A model generated the notes under the pieces. It ran no database searches. It was not told where the DNA came from and worked only from the letters and a program-made list of their open reading frames with translations. Shown here one piece after another: positions 20,143 to 28,600 of a DNA stretch of 64,000 nucleotides. The DNA comes from Candidatus Latescibacterota bacterium (GTDB lineage Bacteria > Latescibacterota > UBA2968 > UBA8231), in NCBI GenBank assembly GCA_965203355.1, contig OZ241889.1, positions 2,656,001 through 2,720,000 on the forward strand, given 5' to 3'. A program made the translations under genes and the position numbers. The stretch's first letter is position 1. Each line of letters opens with the position of its first letter.

Positions 20143-21624
20143 TCAGCCTTTGAGTGCGCCGAGCTGGATGCCGCGCACGAAGAATCGCTGGCCGAAGACA
20201 AAGAGCACGATCATCGGCAGCATCATCAGCACGCTCCCGGTCATCAATAGCGAGTAGTTGGTTCCCTGCGAGGAATCGAAATAGCGCAGGGCCACCGGCA
20301 GGACCCGCATGTGCTCGGAGTGGGTGACGATCAGCGGCCAGGTAAAGGACTGCCAAGTGCCCATAAAGGAGAAGATCGACAGGGTAATCAACGCCGGTTT
20401 GGACAGGGGCATGACGATGCTCCAGAAAGTCTTCCAGAGGTTGGCGCCGTCGATTTCAGCGGCCTCCTCAAGCCCCCTAGGCAGCCCCGTCATAAACTGG
20501 CGCATCATAAAGGTGCCAAAAGCAGTGAACATGGCCGGGATGATGAGTGCTTGGAACGAGTCGAGCCAGCCGAGGCTTTTTAGCAACACGTAATTGGGCA
20601 GCAAGGTGACGATTCCGGGCACCATCAAGGTCGCCAAATAGAGCAGGAAGACGGCGTCGCGGTAGCGCCATTCGAGGCGGGCAAAGGCAAAGCCAGCCAT
20701 GGCCGAGGTCACCACTTGGCCTATCATCACGCAGACGGCGACAAAAAGGCTGTTCCATCCGTAGAGCGAGAACTTGATGTCCTTGTCGCGCAAGACCCGG
20801 ATATAGTTGGACCACATGAAGCGCGGCTCGCTAATTTTCAACACGTCACTGCCATAGACGATGCGCAGCTCGTCCTCCCCAGGGAAGCGGGCGTAGAGGA
20901 TGTCGCCTCCGGCTTTTTCCGTTAGCGGGTCGTCGTCGCTTCTGAGCAGGGGAAAAGCCGAGCGAAAGGGGATCGCGTGGCCGTCGGCGGCGAGAATCGG
21001 CTCTTTGGCTTGGACGTCCAAAACCGGGTCCCCGACGCGATCCCAAGAAATGTCGCGATAGGTGTAGGGCGTACCGTCGGGGCGCAATAGGGGCGTACCG
21101 TTGGCCAGTTCGACCGAGGCGGGCGGTAGCTGCTCGGCTGTGCGCCAGCTCTGGCGCTGCTGCACGAGTCGCTGCTGCCATTTGTCGCGCAGCGCTTCGG
21201 TCAACAGCAGCGGATCCCCATCGACGAGGATCGGATTCCAGCGGTTTTTGTACACGGCGATGCCGCCGCGCTCTTCGACGTTTTTGCCGGGAATAGGTTG
21301 CCCGTCCGGGTCGTAGATTAGCCGTCCTTGCTGGTCGCGGATGGGGTCGCCGGGCGCACCGAGTATCACTGGGTTGCCGAGGGTGATGCGGATTGGCTCG
21401 CCTTGAGCGTTGAGCAGCGGTTGGCCATCGCGGGTCCGCAGCAGGTCGCCTTCGTTGCCGAGGCGCACCTCCTGCGGCCAGACGTGGCTCTGGAAGACCT
21501 CGTTTTCGCTCTTGAGCGAGGTGAGCACCATCCACAGGAACGGCACGAGGGTGGTGAAGCCGAAGAGGACGAGCAGCCCGTGGCTCAGCGAGTGGAGTGC
21601 CGCCGTGCGCGCAACTTTGGCCAT
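20143..21624 (-). CDS. Carbohydrate ABC transporter permease (MalG-type) with a large extracytoplasmic insertion
   Basis: PFLWMVLTSLK, EAA loop LEEAAEIDGA, QRFFVRGI; about 220 aa inserted after TM1. Confidence 0.92.
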   Translation of the reverse strand: MAKVARTAALHSLSHGLLVLFGFTTLVPFLWMVLTSLKSENEVFQSHVWPQEVRLGNEGDLLRTRDGQPLLNAQGEPIRITLGNPVILGAPGDPIRDQQGRLIYDPDGQPIPGKNVEERGGIAVYKNRWNPILVDGDPLLLTEALRDKWQQRLVQQRQSWRTAEQLPPASVELANGTPLLRPDGTPYTYRDISWDRVGDPVLDVQAKEPILAADGHAIPFRSAFPLLRSDDDPLTEKAGGDILYARFPGEDELRIVYGSDVLKISEPRFMWSNYIRVLRDKDIKFSLYGWNSLFVAVCVMIGQVVTSAMAGFAFARLEWRYRDAVFLLYLATLMVPGIVTLLPNYVLLKSLGWLDSFQALIIPAMFTAFGTFMMRQFMTGLPRGLEEAAEIDGANLWKTFWSIVMPLSKPALITLSIFSFMGTWQSFTWPLIVTHSEHMRVLPVALRYFDSSQGTNYSLLMTGSVLMMLPMIVLFVFGQRFFVRGIQLGALKG

Positions 21625-21637
21625 GCGCCTTGCCCCC

Positions 21638-22795
21638 TCAGTTGACCGCGCCCCGACCGAAGCGCCAGTTGAACAGCGTGATGGTGAATATGATGACAAA
21701 CATAAACCAAGCCACCGCGGCCGCGTATCCGAACTCTAGGTTTTCAAAGGCCGAGCGGTAGATGTAGTAGCCGAGCGTGACCGTGTTGTCCCCGTCCTTG
21801 CCCGGGCCGCCATTGGTCATCAAGTAGGCGATTTCAAAACCGCCTTGCAGCCCGCCGATAATAGACATGACGCAGATAAAGAAGGTCGTCGGAGCGATCA
21901 TCGGCCACGTGATGTGCCAAAATTGCTGCCACTTAGAGGCTCCGTCGATGTCCGAGGCTTCGTATAGCTCCTCGGGCACATTGGCCAGCGCCGCGAGGTA
22001 GAGGATCATGTTGCCCCCGCCCATGGACGCCCAGATACCCATGAAGATGATGGCTGTCTTGGCCCAATAGGCGGCTTGATCTAGGCCGAGCCAAGAAAGC
22101 CAGCCCAGATCGACGCTGCTGGAAAGCCAGTTGGGCAAGTCGTCGATGCTGTCGAGGCCAGACAAGAGGGCCAGGCGCCCGGACAGCCAAGCCGAAGGGC
22201 CGCCGTATTCGTAGAGGCCGCTGGCGATCCAGTAGAGCGTGGCGGCGGCGAGAAGCGCGAACAGGACTCGGGGGGGCCGTTCAGACATCGCCTTGCGCGC
22301 TAGCGATTGCAGGGCCAAGCCTACCAGCACGAGAATCGACACGCGCACGGCGAGCGAGAAGTAGGGCCACGAGAGAATGGGCAGCAGGATCGAATTGACG
22401 AGGCCGTACTTGGGGTTGTAGAGCCACTTCCACAGCAGGAACAACGCCACCCCATTGGTGACGGTGGGGAGGTAGAAGACGGTGCGATAGACGATGATAC
22501 CGCGCAGCTTTTGCGAGAGGACGATGGCCAACAGCAGCGAGCCGCCGATGGACAGGGGCAAGCCTATCATGAGAAAGACCGTGTTGTATAGATAAAACCA
22601 GAGCTTGGGGTCGGTCAGTAGCCGAATGAAGTTGTCGAAGCCGATAAAGCGCGGCGCCGAGAACGTGTCCCATTGAAAGAACGCCAGCCCAAAGGAAAAG
22701 AGCACCGGCAGGGACGTGAAGATCAAAAACCCGCTCAGATTGGGCGCGAGGAAGAGCAAGGCCCAACGCAGCATTCTCTTTTCGCGCGGCTTCAA
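21638..22795 (-). CDS. Carbohydrate ABC transporter permease (MalF-type)
   Basis: GFDNF, YRTVFYLP, ELYEASDIDGA, FGYAAAVAW. Confidence 0.93.
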   Translation of the reverse strand: MKPREKRMLRWALLFLAPNLSGFLIFTSLPVLFSFGLAFFQWDTFSAPRFIGFDNFIRLLTDPKLWFYLYNTVFLMIGLPLSIGGSLLLAIVLSQKLRGIIVYRTVFYLPTVTNGVALFLLWKWLYNPKYGLVNSILLPILSWPYFSLAVRVSILVLVGLALQSLARKAMSERPPRVLFALLAAATLYWIASGLYEYGGPSAWLSGRLALLSGLDSIDDLPNWLSSSVDLGWLSWLGLDQAAYWAKTAIIFMGIWASMGGGNMILYLAALANVPEELYEASDIDGASKWQQFWHITWPMIAPTTFFICVMSIIGGLQGGFEIAYLMTNGGPGKDGDNTVTLGYYIYRSAFENLEFGYAAAVAWFMFVIIFTITLFNWRFGRGAVN

Positions 22796-24501
22796 ACGTC
22801 CATCTCCGTGCGTTGCCGCCGCACGTAAAACGCTAGGCCGCCGCCGATGGCCACTAGGAGGACCGCGATCCCGAGGATATCGAGCGCGTGGCTGCGGCTG
22901 GAGAGCGTGCGGTTGCGCTTGGCCTTGGCCAAGGACTCGCGCATGCGGACGGACATTTCGGCGACCGCCGCTTGGCCAACCGTGGGATTGCTCACCGCGC
23001 TCTGGTCGGGCATGCGGCCGAGGAATCGGTAGGTCTGGCGGGCTGTTGAGTCGGCGGGCTGATACGCCGCGTTGATTAGATTCGTACCGAGTGCGCCCTG
23101 CAACCGGGTGATGTCAAAAGCGGCTCCGTAGGCTGCGGCCTGCTCTGCAACCGGGTGCTCCATGGCGTCAAGCAGGGCCGAGCGGTGTTGGTTCTCATCG
23201 GGGAATTCGGGGTCGGGTTGAGAGAAATAGCGCACTGAGAATTGCTTGCGACTGCCGAAGGCGTCTGCGTCCTTGGTCAACAAGTTGTTGAAATCCGGGC
23301 TGGACAAGTATTCCAAGAAGTAAAAGGCCTCCCGCTCGTGTTGAGTGCCCTTGCGGATGGCTGTCACCCGCCCACCCATCTCGCCCGCCTTGCCGCGGTG
23401 GCGACTGGCCTCGCTGATTTCGCCCCAAGGGCCGTCGCGCAGGCTCGGGTTGGCGCGGATCTCGGGATCGCTCATCCAGCGCTCCCACTCCTCGTAGGGC
23501 ACGTAGCGGGGCATGGGGTAAATCTCGGTGACAAAGCGAGCCTCGCGGCGCACCTTGATCAGCCCCCAGCGGCCGATGAGAATGGTGCCCAGTTTGCCCG
23601 CCGAATAAAGCCCTAAGATGGATTGTCCACCCCAACCGCCCCCACCTGTTTGCGCGGATTGATCTTCGGCCGAGGGCACGACGTGAAAGGTGTTGACCAG
23701 ATCGTACAGATACTGGGCGGCGGTGGCACCGGCTGGAGAATCGAGGGCGATTTCGGTGCCGTTGTCGTTGAGGAAGCTGCCACCAGCTTGGTAGATGAAA
23801 TTGTTCAGCCCGCCGCCAAAGCCTGCTCCGCCCGAGCCAAAGGTCTCATAGCGCCGGCCATCGACGCTCTTTTTGGTGAGGGCTTGGCACAAGCGGACGT
23901 AGTCCCACCAAGTCCAGTGGTTCCACGGCAAGGGCGGCATGGCCAAGTTCCGCGCCTGTCGCTCGCGCTGAACGGCGTCGTAGAGCGAGCGATTGAGAAA
24001 AGTAACGCTGACGGTGACGTTGTTGGGGACGGCAAAGATGCGAAAGCGCTCGTATTCGTCGGCTTCGGCTGGCGCGCTGGCTACGGGCACGGCGAGGGCG
24101 TTGCGCCGATGCAGCCAAAAGTCGTCGAGGCTCAGCTTGGCCTCGCGCATGTAGTCGTTTATTTCGACCATGACGCCCTTAGAAGCGTAGAGCGCGAAGG
24201 TCGCATAGCTATAAATGTCGAAAACGTCCGGCCCCGAGCCCGCCGCGGCTTGGGTGAGAATCTTTTGCACGTCCGCGCTTGGGTCGAGGACGACGCGTAC
24301 TTTCTTGTCTTCGTAGAGCCGGTTGAAGAGGGCCATCTGTTCGGTGCGCGCCGGATTGGGGTCAGAGGCCCAGCGGATGACGGTGTACTCGCCGTTGGCG
24401 GACGGGTCGTCTGGATAGACCAATAAGCCCCAGCGGTTAAGGGCGTACCAACCGGCCAAGATCAGGGCGAGGACAACGACGGTTGTAGATAGATCGCGCA
24501 A
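22792..24501 (-). CDS. Sugar ABC transporter solute-binding protein with N- and C-terminal hydrophobic anchors
   Basis: AAAGSGPDVF, FLNRSLYD, WTWWDY, AFYFLEYL; hydrophobic segments at both ends; first gene of the permease operon. Confidence 0.85.
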   Translation of the reverse strand: MRDLSTTVVVLALILAGWYALNRWGLLVYPDDPSANGEYTVIRWASDPNPARTEQMALFNRLYEDKKVRVVLDPSADVQKILTQAAAGSGPDVFDIYSYATFALYASKGVMVEINDYMREAKLSLDDFWLHRRNALAVPVASAPAEADEYERFRIFAVPNNVTVSVTFLNRSLYDAVQRERQARNLAMPPLPWNHWTWWDYVRLCQALTKKSVDGRRYETFGSGGAGFGGGLNNFIYQAGGSFLNDNGTEIALDSPAGATAAQYLYDLVNTFHVVPSAEDQSAQTGGGGWGGQSILGLYSAGKLGTILIGRWGLIKVRREARFVTEIYPMPRYVPYEEWERWMSDPEIRANPSLRDGPWGEISEASRHRGKAGEMGGRVTAIRKGTQHEREAFYFLEYLSSPDFNNLLTKDADAFGSRKQFSVRYFSQPDPEFPDENQHRSALLDAMEHPVAEQAAAYGAAFDITRLQGALGTNLINAAYQPADSTARQTYRFLGRMPDQSAVSNPTVGQAAVAEMSVRMRESLAKAKRNRTLSSRSHALDILGIAVLLVAIGGGLAFYVRRQRTEMDV

Positions 24502-24537
24502 GGAAAATCCCGTTGAGAATGCGAGGCGAAAAGGCCA

Positions 24538-24565
24538 AGTGTAAAAAAAAATGCGAGATTGTCAA
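24538..24565 (-). promoter_or_regulatory. Putative sigma70 promoter of the ABC operon
   Basis: Minus strand TTGACA (24565-24560), N16, TACACT (24543-24538). Confidence 0.55.
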
Positions 24566-24598
24566 TGCAGGCATAAAGTAATAACTATTGATAAAAAT

Positions 24599-24612
24599 AA
24601 TTATCGGTAATG
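24599..24612. promoter_or_regulatory. LacI-type operator O1
   Basis: AATTATCGGTAATG, a near-palindrome with central CG, located between the two divergent -35 boxes. Confidence 0.6.
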
Positions 24613-24623
24613 TAAGAAATACC

Positions 24624-24652
24624 TTGACAGCCATGAGAAGGGCCGATAAATT
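24624..24652 (+). promoter_or_regulatory. Putative sigma70 promoter of the envelope-protein cluster
   Basis: TTGACA (24624-24629), N17, TAAATT (24647-24652). Confidence 0.65.
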
Positions 24653-24738
24653 GAAAACTTCGCTTTTCCAAAATAACTTCAATGAAAGGAGGTTTTGCAC
24701 ATCTACTCTGAGGTCCTCGGCATCCCTGAAACTCCACA

Positions 24739-24752
24739 AATTATCGATAATT
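24739..24752. promoter_or_regulatory. LacI-type operator O2
   Basis: Perfect 14-bp palindrome AATTATCGATAATT; 12/14 identical to O1. Confidence 0.65.
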
Positions 24753-24822
24753 ATTTTTACCGCCGAGTTTCGGGGGCCATTTATTCAATCCATTTCATCT
24801 AACCCATTTGGAGGTTTTTCTA

Positions 24823-25725
24823 ATGAAGAGACTTGGTCTTTTCGCCTTAGTGACCGTGATGGCTGCTTCGGCTGCTTTCGCGCATCAGGCTAACTATTTC
24901 ATGCCGCAGATTCCCAACCCCGACAACATGGTCATTGACGGCAACGACGACGACTGGGGCTGGATTGATCCGGCTTTCGCCATTAATCCCGACACCTTGT
25001 TCGAGATTCTCGGTAGTGAGTGGCCTCCGGCCAAAGACGACTGGGACTGCATTCTCTACGTGGCTTGGAGTTCGGCTCCCGACAATTCGCTGTACTACTT
25101 TGCTCGGGTTACCGATGACTCGCTGGGCCTCTTCATCGAGAACCCGCAGGAGTATTGGAAGGACGACTCGTTGGAAATCATCGTTGATGCCGACCATTCG
25201 AGCGAGAACTTCAACGAGACCGAGATGACCTCCGGCCAGCAGTACGGTATCCGCGTCCTGCCCGCCTCTGGTCAGGCGGACACTTGGATCTACAACGTGC
25301 CGCAGGAGAGCATTCTGTGGTCCACCGAGCGTCCTTGGTTCGTCTATGAGTGGACGCTCGATCCGCCGGACGCCCGTCCGCTGGAGCAGCCCGCCGGTAG
25401 CTCGGTGACCTATACTTACGAGGTCAAGCAGGCCTTGTGGACCTTCCACGACAAGACGGGTCCCGAGGGCAGTGCCCGCCACAATTTCGCCCCCGACCAG
25501 ATCATCGGTCTGACTTTCCAGTTTGACGAGACCGAGAATCCCGAGACGGGCCGCGAAAAGCAGCCGGGCACCACGCCGGTTAATGGTGCCTTCCAAGACA
25601 ACTCGAACGGTTCGGACTTCATCACAGTGGAGACCGAAGGTGCTACGGGTGGTACTGGCGACATGATGAAGGATACGGCAGTCGAGGCCGATAGCTGGGG
25701 TCGGATCAAAAGCTACATCCAATAA
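24823..25725 (+). CDS. Secreted acidic protein, CBM9/DOMON-like, with a C-terminal TAVExxSWGxIK motif
   Basis: GGAGG RBS; signal peptide MKRLGLFALVTVMAASAAFA; IDGNDDDW, LYYFARVTDD, DSLEIIVDAD; ends TAVEADSWGRIKSYIQ. Confidence 0.75.
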   Translation: MKRLGLFALVTVMAASAAFAHQANYFMPQIPNPDNMVIDGNDDDWGWIDPAFAINPDTLFEILGSEWPPAKDDWDCILYVAWSSAPDNSLYYFARVTDDSLGLFIENPQEYWKDDSLEIIVDADHSSENFNETEMTSGQQYGIRVLPASGQADTWIYNVPQESILWSTERPWFVYEWTLDPPDARPLEQPAGSSVTYTYEVKQALWTFHDKTGPEGSARHNFAPDQIIGLTFQFDETENPETGREKQPGTTPVNGAFQDNSNGSDFITVETEGATGGTGDMMKDTAVEADSWGRIKSYIQ

Positions 25726-25733
25726 GGCGCACC

Positions 25734-25750
25734 CTAGCATCTTCTGCTAG
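25734..25750 (+). terminator. Short hairpin
   Basis: CTAGCA-TCTTC-TGCTAG immediately after the stop codon. Confidence 0.35.
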
Positions 25751-25763
25751 ATCGCACATTATG

Positions 25764-25816
25764 GGCGATAGATAATATAGAGATGGAGGCGACTTCATCT
25801 CTATTTATCTATCGCC
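25764..25816 (+). terminator. Long (~24 bp) stem-loop; terminator, attenuator or mRNA stabiliser
   Basis: GGCGATAGATAATATAGAGATGGAG-GCGA-CTTCATCTCTATTTATCTATCGCC; one bulge, one G-U pair, GNRA loop, followed by TTTG. Confidence 0.75.
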
Positions 25817-25845
25817 TTTGCATCGCTTTCAGGAAGGCATTCTCA

Positions 25846-26592
25846 ATGAGGATACGGAACATCGCAACGAGCGGACTTTTGTCGGCTCTTTATCTGTTCG
25901 CGCTTGTCGGGTGCATCTCACAGGTGGGGCTGCGGCGCTTTGCAACGTTTCCCGAACCCATTCCGCAACAAGACCCGGCCATGACCGTCCTCGACGACGG
26001 GGCGATTGTCTATGCCAAGGATCGCTTGGAGATCTCGCTACAGGTGTTGGATGACGGATTCCTCAATCGCCAGTTCGCGGCCAGTTCAAGGAAGGGTACT
26101 GAATCGACCAATCCATACACGTATGGCAATTGGAAGCCTTGGGGCCAAGACTGGACGCCAGCGCGCTTTACCGTGGTCTTGCTGAAGGTCAAAAACTACG
26201 AGTATCCCAAGGTTTTCATCGACCCCAAATCGCTCGTGATCACCACGTCGAACAATCGAGTGTACAATGCGCTCGATGGCGGACTGCTCGAAGATCACTT
26301 CAGCCCGTATCTGCGCGCTTATGCTGGCAACCAGCGGCAGCAGTTTGAGGCTACCACCGACCTGCTCAAAAGCACGGTCTATCCGCCTGACATGGTGTTT
26401 TCTGGCCAAGAGTCAGAAGGATATGTCGTCTTTCCGGTGTTGCACCGAGACGTGAGCCATTTCACGATCAACGTGCCAGACATGGCCGTGCGTTTCGACT
26501 ACAAGGGCGAACCGGTGGAGACCATTGACTTAGCATTTAAGTTCCAACGCGAAGTGTACTACGCTCTTCATCCCCGGGTGGAGACGCCGTGA
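25846..26592 (+). CDS. Lipoprotein of unknown function (DUF4352-like Ig fold suspected)
   Basis: Lipobox ..LFALVGC; VLLKVKN...VFSGQESEGYVVFP pattern. Start taken at ATG 25846. Confidence 0.7.
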   Translation: MRIRNIATSGLLSALYLFALVGCISQVGLRRFATFPEPIPQQDPAMTVLDDGAIVYAKDRLEISLQVLDDGFLNRQFAASSRKGTESTNPYTYGNWKPWGQDWTPARFTVVLLKVKNYEYPKVFIDPKSLVITTSNNRVYNALDGGLLEDHFSPYLRAYAGNQRQQFEATTDLLKSTVYPPDMVFSGQESEGYVVFPVLHRDVSHFTINVPDMAVRFDYKGEPVETIDLAFKFQREVYYALHPRVETP

Positions 26593-28559
26593 TGAATCGA
26601 GGGAGGGCCGCCCGTATGGCCGTGCTGTTGTGCGCCTCGTGCGTTTGGCCCCCGTGGCTTGCTGCAGACGAATGGGTGCTTGGCGGCAGCGGTGGATTTC
26701 CCTGGGGGGATCTCGTCGAGGTTCGCGCCCAAATCGACGACCAAAGTAGCCCCGGCGCGATTCAGGTCCGCGGCTTTACGCCGGACGATAACATCATTAC
26801 CTCCCTCTCTTGGTCCTACGGCAAGCCCAACGACTTGGTCAGCGAAGGCAATGCGGTGCTGTGGGATAACACAGCGGCGAGGAATCCCATTTCGCTGTCG
26901 ATCGTCGATGGCGACGACACCACAAGCACGGCAGACCTCTTTAAAACCGCTGGCGTCGATCAAGACGGGCGCACCTTCTTTTTTGATATGGGCTCGCGCG
27001 TACCAGCCGATAGCTTGGTCTTCTTCCCCCGGCAAGAGGGGACCTACGCCAACGGCAAGCCCTTTAGCGAGGACTTTGTTCGCAAGCACCGGATTTCCGT
27101 CAGCGATGGGCTTACGTACGTGAACGAACAGCCGCTCTTCACCTTACTGCGCGACGTCCCGGTGAACCCCAACAGCGTGTTCACCATGAAATTTCCCCAG
27201 CAATTCATTCGCTTCATTCAGTTGCGCGTGGGGTCGCGGAGTCCCTTTGAGCTGGCCGAATTTGAACTCTACGGTAACGGCTTCGTGCCGCGAGCAACGT
27301 ACCGGAGCCAAGTCATCGACTTGGGCGAGGTCTCCAACTACGGCACCATATCTTGGGCCCAGCGGGCCTTAGAACTGGTGGACGGTGCGTTGATCGAGTT
27401 GCCGGACTTGGGGCGGACCGCGGTCGCGGTGCGCATGAAGACCGGGCAAGACGACAGCCCGTTGGTTCACTTCAAAAAGGTCATTGACGACGAAACGCGA
27501 GCGGTCAGCCAAGTAGTGGTCTCGGAAGCGGATTACAACAAACTGTCTTCGGGCGAGAAGGGCGATATCGAGGACGACGTCGACAACTGGAGTCCTTGGT
27601 CGTTGCCGCTCGAATCTGGCGAGTTGATCCCATTGCCCAGTCCGCGTCCCTATTTTCAGCTGCAGATTATCATGGAGAGCCAAGCCGTGACGCAGACGGT
27701 GCGCATTGACTCGTTGCGGATTGAGCATTCGCTGCCCTCGGCTGCTGTAGTTGTCGGTGAGATATCCTTGGCTGACGAGCCCAACCCACCGGCCGACATC
27801 GGCGTAATCGACAAAGATGACGCCGTTGTGCTGCCGAGCATTGACGGGGGAGAAGAGGTGCTCTTCGCCTATGACGTGCGCGCCACGATAAACGACAACC
27901 AGAACGGCTTTGATGCTTTGCGCATCGACACGCCGACGCCTGCGCGCTTTGTCGGTCTGCAAATGGGCGATCCGCTCGAGCCTGTGGAACCCGATCGCGT
28001 GCGTGCGGGCGACAGAAGCCTCGAAGTGATTTTCACTAGCAATAAGATCTCTTTTGACAACAATGTGCCGCTGCGGGTGCTCTTTGAGGGATCAACCGTG
28101 GTGTTCGGCACGATTTTTACTGGTACGGTCTGGGATACTCAGTCCGACATTCTCGGCCAGCCCGTGCTCGAAGGCGATGCCAATTTCGACGTCAGCACCA
28201 ACTCGCTGCGCGTGGCTTTGACTCAGCAGTCCGTGGGCGAAATCGTCCGCGCTATAGAGTTTAATCCTGCGGTCTTCACGCCGAATGGGGATGGCATCAA
28301 CGACCATATCGCCATCCAGTACACTGTCATCCAGATTTCCGAGCCTAAGCCCATTGAGGTGGCCATTTACGATTTGGCCGGTCGGCTGGTGCGCGTGCTG
28401 GCCGACCGAGAGCAGCCCGGCGGGATTTACACCGAGATGTGGGATGGGCGGAGCGATGCCGACGAGGCCGTGCCTCCGGGTAGTTACGTGGTCTCGCTCT
28501 CGGTTGACAGCGGGGTCGGCCACTTCAGGCGAGTCGGCGCGGTCGGCGTGGTCTATTAA
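26589..28559 (+). CDS. Secreted discoidin-like/beta-sandwich protein with a C-terminal PNGDGxND (CHU_C/FlgD-like) domain, paralog 1
   Basis: Signal peptide; IVDGD..FDMG..RFIQL..ELAEFELYG; GFDALRI; FTPNGDGIND..IYDLAGRLVR..WDGR..PPGSY; ends VGVVY. Confidence 0.8.
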   Translation: MMNRGRAARMAVLLCASCVWPPWLAADEWVLGGSGGFPWGDLVEVRAQIDDQSSPGAIQVRGFTPDDNIITSLSWSYGKPNDLVSEGNAVLWDNTAARNPISLSIVDGDDTTSTADLFKTAGVDQDGRTFFFDMGSRVPADSLVFFPRQEGTYANGKPFSEDFVRKHRISVSDGLTYVNEQPLFTLLRDVPVNPNSVFTMKFPQQFIRFIQLRVGSRSPFELAEFELYGNGFVPRATYRSQVIDLGEVSNYGTISWAQRALELVDGALIELPDLGRTAVAVRMKTGQDDSPLVHFKKVIDDETRAVSQVVVSEADYNKLSSGEKGDIEDDVDNWSPWSLPLESGELIPLPSPRPYFQLQIIMESQAVTQTVRIDSLRIEHSLPSAAVVVGEISLADEPNPPADIGVIDKDDAVVLPSIDGGEEVLFAYDVRATINDNQNGFDALRIDTPTPARFVGLQMGDPLEPVEPDRVRAGDRSLEVIFTSNKISFDNNVPLRVLFEGSTVVFGTIFTGTVWDTQSDILGQPVLEGDANFDVSTNSLRVALTQQSVGEIVRAIEFNPAVFTPNGDGINDHIAIQYTVIQISEPKPIEVAIYDLAGRLVRVLADREQPGGIYTEMWDGRSDADEAVPPGSYVVSLSVDSGVGHFRRVGAVGVVY

Positions 28560-28600
28560 TGGCGCTTGACCGACAAAAATTCAAAAGGGAGGGTTACAGC

